Part shown: in pieces, positions 50,532 through 59,845 of the stretch
Layout of the letters: each line of letters begins with the position of its first letter
Position numbering within the stretch: position 1 is the stretch's first letter
Assembly: GCA_036574205.1 (NCBI GenBank)
Contig: JAINCQ010000028.1
Span: forward strand, 103,554 to 167,553
Direction: 5' to 3'
Source of the DNA: Elusimicrobiota bacterium
GTDB taxonomy: Bacteria; Elusimicrobiota; Elusimicrobia; Elusimicrobiales; UBA9959
DNA length: 64,000 nucleotides
The notes under the pieces: generated by a model
Database searches by the model: none
The model's input: only the letters and a program-made list of their open reading frames with translations
Told to the model about the DNA's origin: nothing
Position numbers and translations under genes: made by a program

Positions 50532-52273
50532 TCAAAATATCCGGGGAAAACAAAAAGCTTTATCTTTCTCTAATTTCTTATCTCAAACCTTATAAGAAAA
50601 GACTTGCCCTGGCTTTTTTCTCAATGATAATTCTTGCAGCTATAAGAGCGCTGATAGTTTATATTGTAGGGCCTTTTATACAAAATGTTTTTATAGATAA
50701 AAATCCACGAATGCTTAAGATGATCTTTATTGCTTTACCAATTTTGTTTATCATAAGAATGCTTGCTGAATACAGTAATAATTACATAATGAATTATGTA
50801 GGACAGAAAATAGTTCAGAAGATAAGAGATGATATATTTATAAAAATCCATGAGCTGCCGATGGAGTTTTACTGGCGGTCTAAAACGGGTGATATACTTA
50901 GTAGAGTAATGAATGATATAGGAAATATTCAAAGCGCGGTCCAGTTTATACCGCTTTATGGAATAAGAGATATCTCAACAGTTTTTTTTATAACAATTAC
51001 ACTTTTTTATATAAATTTTAAACTTGCCATTTTCTCTTTTATATTCCTTCCACTATCACTTTTTGCTTTGAGAATTTTTGGCAAAAAAATGAGGAGGTAT
51101 TCAAGGGAATCTCAAAGCATGATAAGTGATGTCTCGCATAATTTTCAGGAAAGCCTTGGAGCAATTCCTATAATAAAAGCTTACAATTATGAGGATGAGT
51201 CAATTAAGAAATTCAGGTTTTCAAATCAGGAATATTTTAACAGAATTATGAAATACCTTAGAACCACATCTATCTCTGGGCCTGTGATGGAGTTTATAGG
51301 GAGTATGGTCATATATGGATTGATCTTTGTGGGTTATAAATGGATATCAAGCGGGGAGATTTCTACTGGTGTGTTTTTTTCTTTTATTGCTGCTTTTATA
51401 ACAGCATATATGCCCTTTAAGAATATATCCAATATGAACTCAAAGCTTCAAATAGGGCTTGCCAGCTGGGAACGGGTTTATTCTTTACTTAATGAGAAAA
51501 ACGTGGTTGAGGTTAAAAAAGACGCATTGGTGCTTAAGGATATTAAAGGAAAGATAGAGTTTAAAAATGTTTATTATAAATATCCAACATCTAAAGATTA
51601 TGTTCTTAAAAATATAAGTTTTGTTATAAATCCAAACGAGATAGCAGCATTTGTAGGAAGTTCAGGAAGTGGTAAAAGCACTATAATACAGCTCATCCTG
51701 CGTTTTTTTGATCCAGTAAAGGGTGATATTTTTATAGATGATATAAATATAAAGGATATAGATATAAAATCTTTGAGGGATGGTATAAGTATAGTAACCC
51801 AGGATACTATAGTTTTTAATGACACTATAGCAAATAATATCCGTGTTGGAAAATCCGATGCCAGCGAAAAAGATCTTATTGAAGCGGCAAAGGTATCTGA
51901 TTCTTTTAATTTTATATCTCAGATGCCAAATGGATTTAATACCGTTATAGGTGAACGTGGTTTGAAGATTTCAGGTGGGCAAAGGCAAAGGCTTGCCATA
52001 GCAAGGTCTGTTGTTAAAAAACCTAAAATAATATTGCTTGATGAGGCAACATCCAATCTTGATTCACAGAGTGAAGATGTTGTCCAGAAAGCAATAGAAA
52101 ATGTTCTTAAAGAAAAAACTGTGGTTATGGCGGCTCACAGGCTTTCCACTGTTGTTAATGCCAGTAAAATATTTGTGCTTAAAATGGGGGAAGTAGTAGA
52201 GTGTGGAAGGCATGAAGATTTGATTAAAAAAAATGGTGAATATTTTAATCTTTATAAAAGGCAAAATATATAA
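50528..52273 (+). CDS. msbA: Lipid A export ABC transporter MsbA-like
   Basis: TMD plus NBD (GSSGSGKS, ISGGQRQR, LDEATS); follows lpxB. Confidence 0.85.
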   Translation: MIKISGENKKLYLSLISYLKPYKKRLALAFFSMIILAAIRALIVYIVGPFIQNVFIDKNPRMLKMIFIALPILFIIRMLAEYSNNYIMNYVGQKIVQKIRDDIFIKIHELPMEFYWRSKTGDILSRVMNDIGNIQSAVQFIPLYGIRDISTVFFITITLFYINFKLAIFSFIFLPLSLFALRIFGKKMRRYSRESQSMISDVSHNFQESLGAIPIIKAYNYEDESIKKFRFSNQEYFNRIMKYLRTTSISGPVMEFIGSMVIYGLIFVGYKWISSGEISTGVFFSFIAAFITAYMPFKNISNMNSKLQIGLASWERVYSLLNEKNVVEVKKDALVLKDIKGKIEFKNVYYKYPTSKDYVLKNISFVINPNEIAAFVGSSGSGKSTIIQLILRFFDPVKGDIFIDDINIKDIDIKSLRDGISIVTQDTIVFNDTIANNIRVGKSDASEKDLIEAAKVSDSFNFISQMPNGFNTVIGERGLKISGGQRQRLAIARSVVKKPKIILLDEATSNLDSQSEDVVQKAIENVLKEKTVVMAAHRLSTVVNASKIFVLKMGEVVECGRHEDLIKKNGEYFNLYKRQNI

Positions 52274-52287
52274 ATCTTGGGATAAGA

Positions 52288-53724
52288 ATGGATATTGAAG
52301 ATATATTGAAAAAAGTCAGGGGATATTCTACATCTGATACAACGATGCTTGAGCTGGCATATGAGTTTGCTAAAAATGCTCACAAAGATCAGAAAAGGGC
52401 AAGTGGCGAGCTTTATTTTACTCATGTGTATGAGGTTGCTATTATTCTTGCCGAGCTTAAAATGGATATAAACACTATTTCTGCCGGTCTTTTACATGAT
52501 GTTTTAGAAGACACATCTGTTACAGGCGAAGCGTTAAGAAAAGAGTTTGGGGATGAAATATATAATCTTGTTGAAGGTGTTACAAAAATAGAAGGGCTTC
52601 ATTTCTCATCTAAAGACGAGGAGCAGGCGGAAAACTGGAGAAAGATGATAATAGCTACCGCCAGGGATATAAGGGTTATAATTATAAAATTAGCTGATAG
52701 ACTTCATAATATGAGAACCTTAAAATATCTTCCGGTTGAAAAACAAAAGGAAATAGCTTATGAAACCTTGACTCTTTATGCTCCAATATCTCATAGACTT
52801 GGAATATTTAATATAAAAAACGAGCTTGAAGATCTTTCTTTTGAATATTTATATCCCGAGGAATATCAGGATCTTAGATCTAAGATAGATAGAAGTTATG
52901 CTCAGAGAGAGGAGATACTTAAAAAGTTTAAGGATGATGTTGAAGATATATTAAAAAAATCAGGGATAGAGTATAGAATAATATATAGAGCCAAAAATAT
53001 TTACTCTATATATAGAAAGATGCAACGACAGAATAAACCTTTTGAAGAAATACAGGATGCTTTAGGAATAAGAATAATAACTGATACTGTTTTAAACTGC
53101 TATGCGATACTGGGAATAATTCACTCTAACTTTAAACCTGTTGCTGATAGTTTCACTGATTATATAGCCATGCCAAAAGCAAATCTCTATCAAAGTCTTC
53201 ATACAACTGTGCTTTCAAAAAATGGAGAACCAATAGAAATTCAGATAAGAACCGAAGAGATGCATAGGGTTGCTGAATATGGGATAGCCGCACACTGGAA
53301 GTATAAACATGGTAATGCGTTTGACGAGAAATTGAATGAAAAACTTAACTGGGCAAGGCACTGGATAGAGTGGCTTAATGATATTGAAAGTCCCAGAGAG
53401 TTTATGGAGATTTTTAAAACTGAGCTTGATGTTGAAGAAATTTTCGTTTTCACTCCAAAAGGGGATGTCAAGGCTTTAAGAAAAGGTTCAACACCTGTGG
53501 ATTTTGCATATCATATACACACCGATATAGGAGAGCATTGCGTAGGAGCAAGGGTTAACTCTAAAATAGTCAGGCTTGATTATGAGCTTAAAAGCGGGGA
53601 TGTCTGCGAGATAATAACAAGAAAAAACGCAGCTCCGACAAAAGACTGGTTGAATTTTGTTAAAAGCCCCAGAGCAAGATCTAAGATAAAAAAATATCTA
53701 AGAGAACACGGTGTTGAGGTATAA
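52288..53724 (+). CDS. rel: Bifunctional (p)ppGpp synthetase/hydrolase Rel, lacking C-terminal ZFD/ACT domains
   Basis: HD hydrolase (LLHDVLED, KLADRLHNMRT), synthetase (YQSLHT, EIQIRT), TGS (VFTPKG...DFAYHIHT); ends at 478 aa. Confidence 0.92.
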   Translation: MDIEDILKKVRGYSTSDTTMLELAYEFAKNAHKDQKRASGELYFTHVYEVAIILAELKMDINTISAGLLHDVLEDTSVTGEALRKEFGDEIYNLVEGVTKIEGLHFSSKDEEQAENWRKMIIATARDIRVIIIKLADRLHNMRTLKYLPVEKQKEIAYETLTLYAPISHRLGIFNIKNELEDLSFEYLYPEEYQDLRSKIDRSYAQREEILKKFKDDVEDILKKSGIEYRIIYRAKNIYSIYRKMQRQNKPFEEIQDALGIRIITDTVLNCYAILGIIHSNFKPVADSFTDYIAMPKANLYQSLHTTVLSKNGEPIEIQIRTEEMHRVAEYGIAAHWKYKHGNAFDEKLNEKLNWARHWIEWLNDIESPREFMEIFKTELDVEEIFVFTPKGDVKALRKGSTPVDFAYHIHTDIGEHCVGARVNSKIVRLDYELKSGDVCEIITRKNAAPTKDWLNFVKSPRARSKIKKYLREHGVEV

Positions 53725-53730
53725 GTAGTT

Positions 53731-53791
53731 TAGGACAAAAGTCCTATAATATCATAGGAAATATTTTTTTTATTTAAGGAAATTTGTCCTT
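53731..53791. promoter_or_regulatory. Palindromic operator TAGGAC-AAAA-GTCCTA plus weaker AAGGAA-ATTT-GTCCTT
   Basis: Perfect palindrome at 53731-53746; second site at 53776-53791, upstream of the C11 peptidase gene. Confidence 0.55.
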
Positions 53792-53834
53792 CAATTTTAA
53801 TTATAATTATGTTAGAATTTAATTGGAGGTGTAT

Positions 53835-55220
53835 ATGAAGAGAATTGTTTTTTCGTTATCAGTGGCAATAGGTTTTGCTTTTAATTTATATGCTGACTTT
53901 GATTTTGATAAGGGCGGCAGCCTTAATAGTGAAGTTCAGTTGCCTGAGGTAAAAGTTAGCAAACCGGCAAAGGAGAATCCAAAAGATATAACATTAATGG
54001 TTTTTATGAACGCAAAAAATGATTTATCCAATTCTAACTTATTTGGACTGGTCGGGAAATGGGCTCAAAAAGACCTGGATGAGATGAAACAGGTTGGCTC
54101 AACAGATAAAGTTAATGTTGTAGTTGAAATAGGCGAGAAGGGAAAAGGCTCAAAAAGACTTTTAGTTCTTAAAAAAAGTGGTTTTTTCTCAAGTGGTGAA
54201 AAGGTTTATAGTGAAGATAAAAACTCTGATATGGGTGATTATAAACGGGTTATAGATTTTGTAAAATGGGCTAAAACTAATTTTCCTGCAAAGAAATATA
54301 TACTTGTTTTGTGGAATCATGGTCTTGGCTGGATAGATCCTAATTTACAGCAGCATACCGCTGGAACCGGGGCTAGCAAAGGAGTTCTTTTTGATGATGA
54401 TACTAAAAATTATGTAAGGACAAAACAATTAGGAGAAATTTTAAAAGCTACTGGCTTTGTGGATGTTGTAATTTTTAACGCATGTTTGATGCAGATGGCT
54501 GAGGTTGCTTATGAAATAAAAGATTATACTTCTTTAATAATTGGTTCTGAAGAGACGATGCTTGCTTATGGATTTGAATATGATAAATTTTTGAATTTTT
54601 TGAACTCCAATGTTAATTTTTCAAAAAAACAGATTTCAGAATTTTTTATAAATTGGTATAAGGAGTTTTTCAAAAATGGAATTAATCTTGCCTTTTTGAA
54701 TGTTTCTCTTGATTCAATTGCTGCTACATTATCATCTATAGAACCATCTGAGTTAAAGAATCTTCCTCAGTATCTTAATTATTTTGTTTCAAATGTTATG
54801 ACAAACAAAGAGGAGGAAGCTGTTAAGCAGGCTATACCATCAGTTATCAGGTTTACAAGCATAGCAGATCCTGTAAAGGACAAAGAGAAAAAAATCGCTC
54901 CTTATGTAGACCTTTATGATTTTGCAAGGATTGTTGGTGAAAATGCAAAAGACGGGAAAACTAAAGAAAGCGCAAAACTTTTGATGGATTTTATAAAGAA
55001 TACCCTTGTTATATCCTCAGTTGGATTGAACAAAGACACCACCAATAATTATGACTACTCTAAAGTTGGGGGAGTGGCTATAAATATGACTATGAAAATA
55101 AAGCCAGTCCCTCCCCAATATGATTCTATCCTTGAAACAAAATATGAAACACTTTCATTAAGCAAGGATTCATACTGGGATGAGTTCCTTAAATGGACAG
55201 ATGAGGTCTGGGCAAAATAG
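53835..55220 (+). CDS. Clostripain-family (C11) cysteine peptidase, exported
   Basis: ATG after GGAGG; signal peptide; LWNHGLGW (His) and FNACLM (Cys), EVAYE, GSEE, VDLYDF. Confidence 0.88.
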   Translation: MKRIVFSLSVAIGFAFNLYADFDFDKGGSLNSEVQLPEVKVSKPAKENPKDITLMVFMNAKNDLSNSNLFGLVGKWAQKDLDEMKQVGSTDKVNVVVEIGEKGKGSKRLLVLKKSGFFSSGEKVYSEDKNSDMGDYKRVIDFVKWAKTNFPAKKYILVLWNHGLGWIDPNLQQHTAGTGASKGVLFDDDTKNYVRTKQLGEILKATGFVDVVIFNACLMQMAEVAYEIKDYTSLIIGSEETMLAYGFEYDKFLNFLNSNVNFSKKQISEFFINWYKEFFKNGINLAFLNVSLDSIAATLSSIEPSELKNLPQYLNYFVSNVMTNKEEEAVKQAIPSVIRFTSIADPVKDKEKKIAPYVDLYDFARIVGENAKDGKTKESAKLLMDFIKNTLVISSVGLNKDTTNNYDYSKVGGVAINMTMKIKPVPPQYDSILETKYETLSLSKDSYWDEFLKWTDEVWAK

Positions 55221-55244
55221 AAAGATATTACCACATTCCCTCTC

Positions 55245-55283
55245 CCCCCTTTCTTATAAAAAAGAAAGGGGGTCGTTTTTTTT
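55245..55283 (+). terminator. Rho-independent terminator
   Basis: CCCCCTTTCTT-ATAAA-AAGAAAGGGGG stem followed by TCG and a T9 tract, 25 bp after the stop codon. Confidence 0.8.
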
Positions 55284-55316
55284 ATAAGAGGTTTAGTAAT
55301 TTTATATAATTTTGAA

Positions 55317-55961
55317 ATGCATATAACAAAAAATATTTTATTTCTTTGCTTGCTATTTTTAATTTTATTTCCAAATTTAGTTTTTGCTGATAAAAAACCT
55401 GAGAATATAAAATATCAATGGAACTATCCAGTAAACACATATTTTATTCTGCCAACAACTCTGAGATTGGAAATAGCATCTCAAAATGAAACAAAAAAAA
55501 TAAATCAATGGGGGTTTGGTTTTTCAAGTATTGGATGGGAAGGTTTTTCAATGGTAACAGGTCTTGAATTAAAGGGGGCAAGAGTTGAATTGAAAAACGA
55601 TTCAACAAATTTTTATATTTTTGATTTAATACTCGGGGTTAAATATATACTTCCTGAAACTAAACGAAGATTCTGGATTACCAGCTCTTTTGCTGGTGAG
55701 TTTGGAGTTTCAGGTTCAAATGTTTTTATAACTCAGGTTATATCTGCTGGAATTATCCTCCCTAATAAAAACATAATTGAGCCGATATATTCAAGCAATG
55801 TTATAAACGGTTTTAGTATTGATATATTTTATACTCCATTTGAGATAGATTTTGATGAGTTTATAGATGGGAATAAAGCGATTTTAAAACCTCATCTTGG
55901 AATAAAATTTGGATATATATTTGAGGGATTCTGGACGCAGAAAATTGAAAATAAAAAATAA
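55317..55961 (+). CDS. Hypothetical exported protein, possibly an outer-membrane beta-barrel
   Basis: Signal peptide ending VFA; alternating Gly/aromatic beta-strand patterns. Confidence 0.65.
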   Translation: MHITKNILFLCLLFLILFPNLVFADKKPENIKYQWNYPVNTYFILPTTLRLEIASQNETKKINQWGFGFSSIGWEGFSMVTGLELKGARVELKNDSTNFYIFDLILGVKYILPETKRRFWITSSFAGEFGVSGSNVFITQVISAGIILPNKNIIEPIYSSNVINGFSIDIFYTPFEIDFDEFIDGNKAILKPHLGIKFGYIFEGFWTQKIENKK

Positions 55962-56043
55962 TAAATATCCAATTAATTTTTTAAGGATAATATTATCTTT
56001 CTGTAAATTTTCCAAAAAATGTAAAATTGTATTATAGAGGAGG

Positions 56044-57120
56044 ATGTTCATGGATAGGACAGTTGAAATGGTTAATATAGAAAAAAACTGGGAGAAGTTT
56101 TTATCTCTTCCTATTACAAAAAAGATTCCGCATTTTACAAAAAATGGGAGAATCTATGATTGCCTTTTTGCCCAGCAATTTGATAGACAGGTTCTTGAAT
56201 ATCTTTTTAGAATAGCCAATACGCTTAGGAGAATAACGAAAACAAAAGAAGGAATGAATTTTGCCTCATCTCTTTTATCTCATAAAAGGGCGATGCTTTA
56301 TTTTGTTCAGCCTTCTACAAGAACATTTCTATCATTTTTAAATGCATGTCATATACTTGGGATTAAAACTTCAGAGATAAGAGATCCTTCAATATCATCT
56401 GAATATAAAGGTGAAACTCCTGAGGATAGTATAAGAACTTTTTCAAGTTATGTTGATTTGATTATCATGAGGCATCCAACCCCTAATTTTGTTGAAAAAT
56501 CTGCCTGGCTTATGAATGCTACAAAAAGGCCTGTGCCAATAATAAACGCTGGTTCAAGCAAGGATCAGCATCCAACCCAAGCACTTTTGGATGTCTACAC
56601 TTTATATAGAAGTTTTGGCGGGTTAATAGATGGAAAGACAATTGCTATGGTGGGGGATTTAAAAAGAGGCAGAACTGTAAGATCTTTAAGCTATCTTATG
56701 AAAAATTACAAAAATGTAAAATTAGTTTATATATCTCCAAAAGAATTTAAAATGGAGGATGATATACTAAACTTTTTAAAGGAGCATAATATTTCTTATT
56801 ACGAAACTGAGAATTTTGAAGAGGGGATAAAAGAAGCGGATGCTATTTATATGACAAGGATACAGGATGAACATGATAAAAGTGGAGAATCAAAAAAGGT
56901 AAATTATTTTTCTTTGACTAAAAAACATCTTGATTTAATCAAAAAAGACGCTATAATAATGCATCCTCTTCCAAGAAGAGATGAGATATCAGTTGAAGTG
57001 GATGAAGACCCCAGGGCAATATACTGGAGGCAGGAGAGGAACGGAATGTGGGTAAGGACCGCTCTTATAACTTATATATTTGGAGTGGATGCGAAAATAC
57101 ATATAGAGGATAAGCCATAA
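56044..57120 (+). CDS. pyrB: Aspartate carbamoyltransferase catalytic subunit
   Basis: PSTRT, HPTQALLD, GDLKRGRTVRSL, YMTRIQ, MHPLPR. Confidence 0.96.
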   Translation: MFMDRTVEMVNIEKNWEKFLSLPITKKIPHFTKNGRIYDCLFAQQFDRQVLEYLFRIANTLRRITKTKEGMNFASSLLSHKRAMLYFVQPSTRTFLSFLNACHILGIKTSEIRDPSISSEYKGETPEDSIRTFSSYVDLIIMRHPTPNFVEKSAWLMNATKRPVPIINAGSSKDQHPTQALLDVYTLYRSFGGLIDGKTIAMVGDLKRGRTVRSLSYLMKNYKNVKLVYISPKEFKMEDDILNFLKEHNISYYETENFEEGIKEADAIYMTRIQDEHDKSGESKKVNYFSLTKKHLDLIKKDAIIMHPLPRRDEISVEVDEDPRAIYWRQERNGMWVRTALITYIFGVDAKIHIEDKP

Positions 57121-57141
57121 TTATTACTCTGGCATAGCTCA

Positions 57142-58905
57142 ATGAGTGAAGAAACGAAAAGAAACAGGGAGTTTTTAATATATTTTTTTATAGCTTTTTT
57201 GATATCACTTCCTATAATTTTTCTTGCTATAGAAAATCCCGATTTAGGATGGCATCTTTCTGCCGGAAGATATATTGTAGAAAATCTTTCAATCCCCAGA
57301 TCAGATTTTATAACCTGGACAAAAGAAAAAATGCCATGGGTCAATAGTGAATGGGGAACCGAGGTAATATATTATCTTGTTTATCTTGCTGGAAAATATA
57401 AAGCTTTATATATATTGAGGTTGATCAATTTGTTTTTAGTTTCCATCACAATGGCTTTTATATTAAGGCTTGCAAGGGTTCCTTTTTTTAATCTTATATG
57501 GTTTTTGCCTATGTTTTTCCTTTCAATTTTAAATATTCTTGATTTAAGGCCGGATAATTACTCAATATTATTTTTCGCTTTTCTCCTACACTTCCTTTAT
57601 AAAAGAAGGGATGATGAATATTGTGATTCAAGATCATTTATGATCGTTGTAACGCTTTTTGTAGTATGGGCCAATATCCATCCGGGATACACTTATGGTC
57701 TTTTTTTGATAGCGATACATTTTGTTGGAACATTGTTGAATGAAAATCTTGGATATATATATGGGGTTGATAAAAAAATAAAATTTACAAAAAGTTCTAA
57801 ATACGCATTGATGTTTATTATAGCTTTTATAGCGACATTCATAAATCCTTATGGCTATAAAATATATTCGGTATTCTGGGAGCATTTTTTAAATCTTGAG
57901 AAATATCAGAATTTTATAGTGGAATGGCAGGTTCTGGATATAGATAGAGTAAACATACTTTTTTATTATTTTTTTTCCTTTTTCACGGTTTCTGTATACC
58001 TTTACAAATTCATAAGGGAACGCATAGTTGATTTTGTAGATGTTTTTCTTTTGCTTTTTTTTGTGGTTAATTCAGTGATGCATATCAGACTTAACGCTTA
58101 TGGCTCTATTGTCGCTTCTCTTATCTTTTTGAGTATGTTCTCAAAAAGCCTCTATAAAACAAGATATAAAATAATTTTTGCAATTCTTGCGCTTGTCCCA
58201 GTTTACATGGTGGCTTTAAAAATGTTTCCAATTGAGTTGTTTAATGTTATAAACGATAGGTTTTATTTTGCTTCAGGGACATATTCTTCTGTTAATTTTA
58301 TCAAAGAAAATAAAAAATATCTTAAAAACTTGAGAATGTATAATGGATGGAATATAGGGGGTTTTTTAAGCTGGGAACTTTATGGTTATAAAAAAACCTT
58401 TATGGACGGAAGATATATATTTACCGATATGCTTAGTGAGCATATAACGGCAAATACTTACAAAGAGGCGTGGGAAAAATTTTCAGAAAAATATAATTTT
58501 GATTTTGCAGTTTTAGCTATATCAAAAGATGTGAAACATACAATATTTAAAACTTCCGTTGGGAAAAAAGAATATAAATTTTACAGACCTTATTTTTATG
58601 AAAATATTGATCCTAAAAAATGGGCGGTTATATATTTTGATAAAAGGACTCTTATTATTGCGCGCAGGGATCGCGTCCCTCAAAATTTTTTAAAAGATAA
58701 TGAATATGTCTTTTTAAAACCCTATGATTTTGACAGGCTTTATATTGATACCATAATTGACAAAAAATTTTTAAAAGATATAAAAAAAGAGATAATAAGG
58801 TACCAACGGAAATATAATGGAAACCCTGAGACCTTTTCTGATGTTTTTATATACATATTCCATGACATTATAGATATGGAAAAAGGGATTTTTAAATATG
58901 AATGA
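57142..58905 (+). CDS. Polytopic membrane protein (possibly GT-C-fold glycosyltransferase-like)
   Basis: Many TM helices; DLGWHL, EW, LRP, WANIH, INPYG, FMDGR motifs. Confidence 0.7.
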   Translation: MSEETKRNREFLIYFFIAFLISLPIIFLAIENPDLGWHLSAGRYIVENLSIPRSDFITWTKEKMPWVNSEWGTEVIYYLVYLAGKYKALYILRLINLFLVSITMAFILRLARVPFFNLIWFLPMFFLSILNILDLRPDNYSILFFAFLLHFLYKRRDDEYCDSRSFMIVVTLFVVWANIHPGYTYGLFLIAIHFVGTLLNENLGYIYGVDKKIKFTKSSKYALMFIIAFIATFINPYGYKIYSVFWEHFLNLEKYQNFIVEWQVLDIDRVNILFYYFFSFFTVSVYLYKFIRERIVDFVDVFLLLFFVVNSVMHIRLNAYGSIVASLIFLSMFSKSLYKTRYKIIFAILALVPVYMVALKMFPIELFNVINDRFYFASGTYSSVNFIKENKKYLKNLRMYNGWNIGGFLSWELYGYKKTFMDGRYIFTDMLSEHITANTYKEAWEKFSEKYNFDFAVLAISKDVKHTIFKTSVGKKEYKFYRPYFYENIDPKKWAVIYFDKRTLIIARRDRVPQNFLKDNEYVFLKPYDFDRLYIDTIIDKKFLKDIKKEIIRYQRKYNGNPETFSDVFIYIFHDIIDMEKGIFKYE

Positions 58906-59707
58906 AATTGAAATAGCCAAAAGAGCCGCAATAGAAGCAGGTCAGGTTATAAAAACTTATTTTAGCCATGTAGGATATAAGTTAAAAGGTAGAGCCAATC
59001 CGGTTACCCTTGCCGATATTAAGTCCCAGGAGATAATAGCTAAAAAGATAAGAAAAACATTCCCCAAGGATTCTATTATTGCTGAGGAAGGATTGATGTC
59101 TATAATGGATAAAAAAAGGTTATGGATTGTTGACCCACTTGATGGAACTGTTAACTTCACTCATAATTTTCCTCACTTTGCTGTTTCTATTTCATTTGTG
59201 GAAAATGGTGTTGTTAAATTGGGGATTATATACGATCCGATGAAGAATGAATTTTTTAAGGCTATTAAAGACAAAGGCGCTTTTTTAAATGGTAAAAAAA
59301 TAGTAGTTTCTAAAACTAAAAAATTAAGCGATTCTCTTCTTGCAACTGGTTTTGCTTATGACAGGAGAGAGAAAGCTGATTTTTATTGCAGTTTTTATTC
59401 ACATTTTTTGAAAATATCACATGATATACGAAGATGTGGGGCGGCAAGCCTTGATATGGCTTATGTGGCATGTGGAAGAATAGATGGATACTGGGAGTTT
59501 AATTTAAAACCATGGGACGTTGCTGCTGGTAAGCTTATAGTTGAAGAAGGAGGAGGGAAGGTTAGCGATTTTTCTGGAAAAAGCTGGAAAAAAGATTTTA
59601 ATTCAATATTAAAATGGGGTAAAGAAACCCTTGTGTGTAATTTTAAAATAAAACTTGAAATGTTGCGACATATTAAAAGTTTATCAAAAATTTTAATAAA
59701 AACTTGA
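58898..59707 (+). CDS. suhB: Inositol monophosphatase family protein
   Basis: AEE, WIVDPLDGTVNF, GAASLD, WDVAAG. Confidence 0.92.
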   Translation: MNEIEIAKRAAIEAGQVIKTYFSHVGYKLKGRANPVTLADIKSQEIIAKKIRKTFPKDSIIAEEGLMSIMDKKRLWIVDPLDGTVNFTHNFPHFAVSISFVENGVVKLGIIYDPMKNEFFKAIKDKGAFLNGKKIVVSKTKKLSDSLLATGFAYDRREKADFYCSFYSHFLKISHDIRRCGAASLDMAYVACGRIDGYWEFNLKPWDVAAGKLIVEEGGGKVSDFSGKSWKKDFNSILKWGKETLVCNFKIKLEMLRHIKSLSKILIKT

Positions 59708-59738
59708 TATTGAATATTCTCTTATATAGATTAAAACA

Positions 59739-59754
59739 TAGGACTTTTATACTA
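59739..59754. promoter_or_regulatory. Candidate operator TAGGAC-TTTT-ATACTA
   Basis: 10 of 12 half-site positions match TAGGAC-N4-GTCCTA; about 90 bp upstream of the amylase ATG, the same distance as the 53731 site. Confidence 0.45.
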
Positions 59755-59845
59755 TTTTTTTATCCAACTTTTGGCAGTTGTTATTTTTATTTTTTACTTA
59801 TAAAATTTAATAGATGAGGTTTTGCGCTAAAAATAGGTTTATAAG

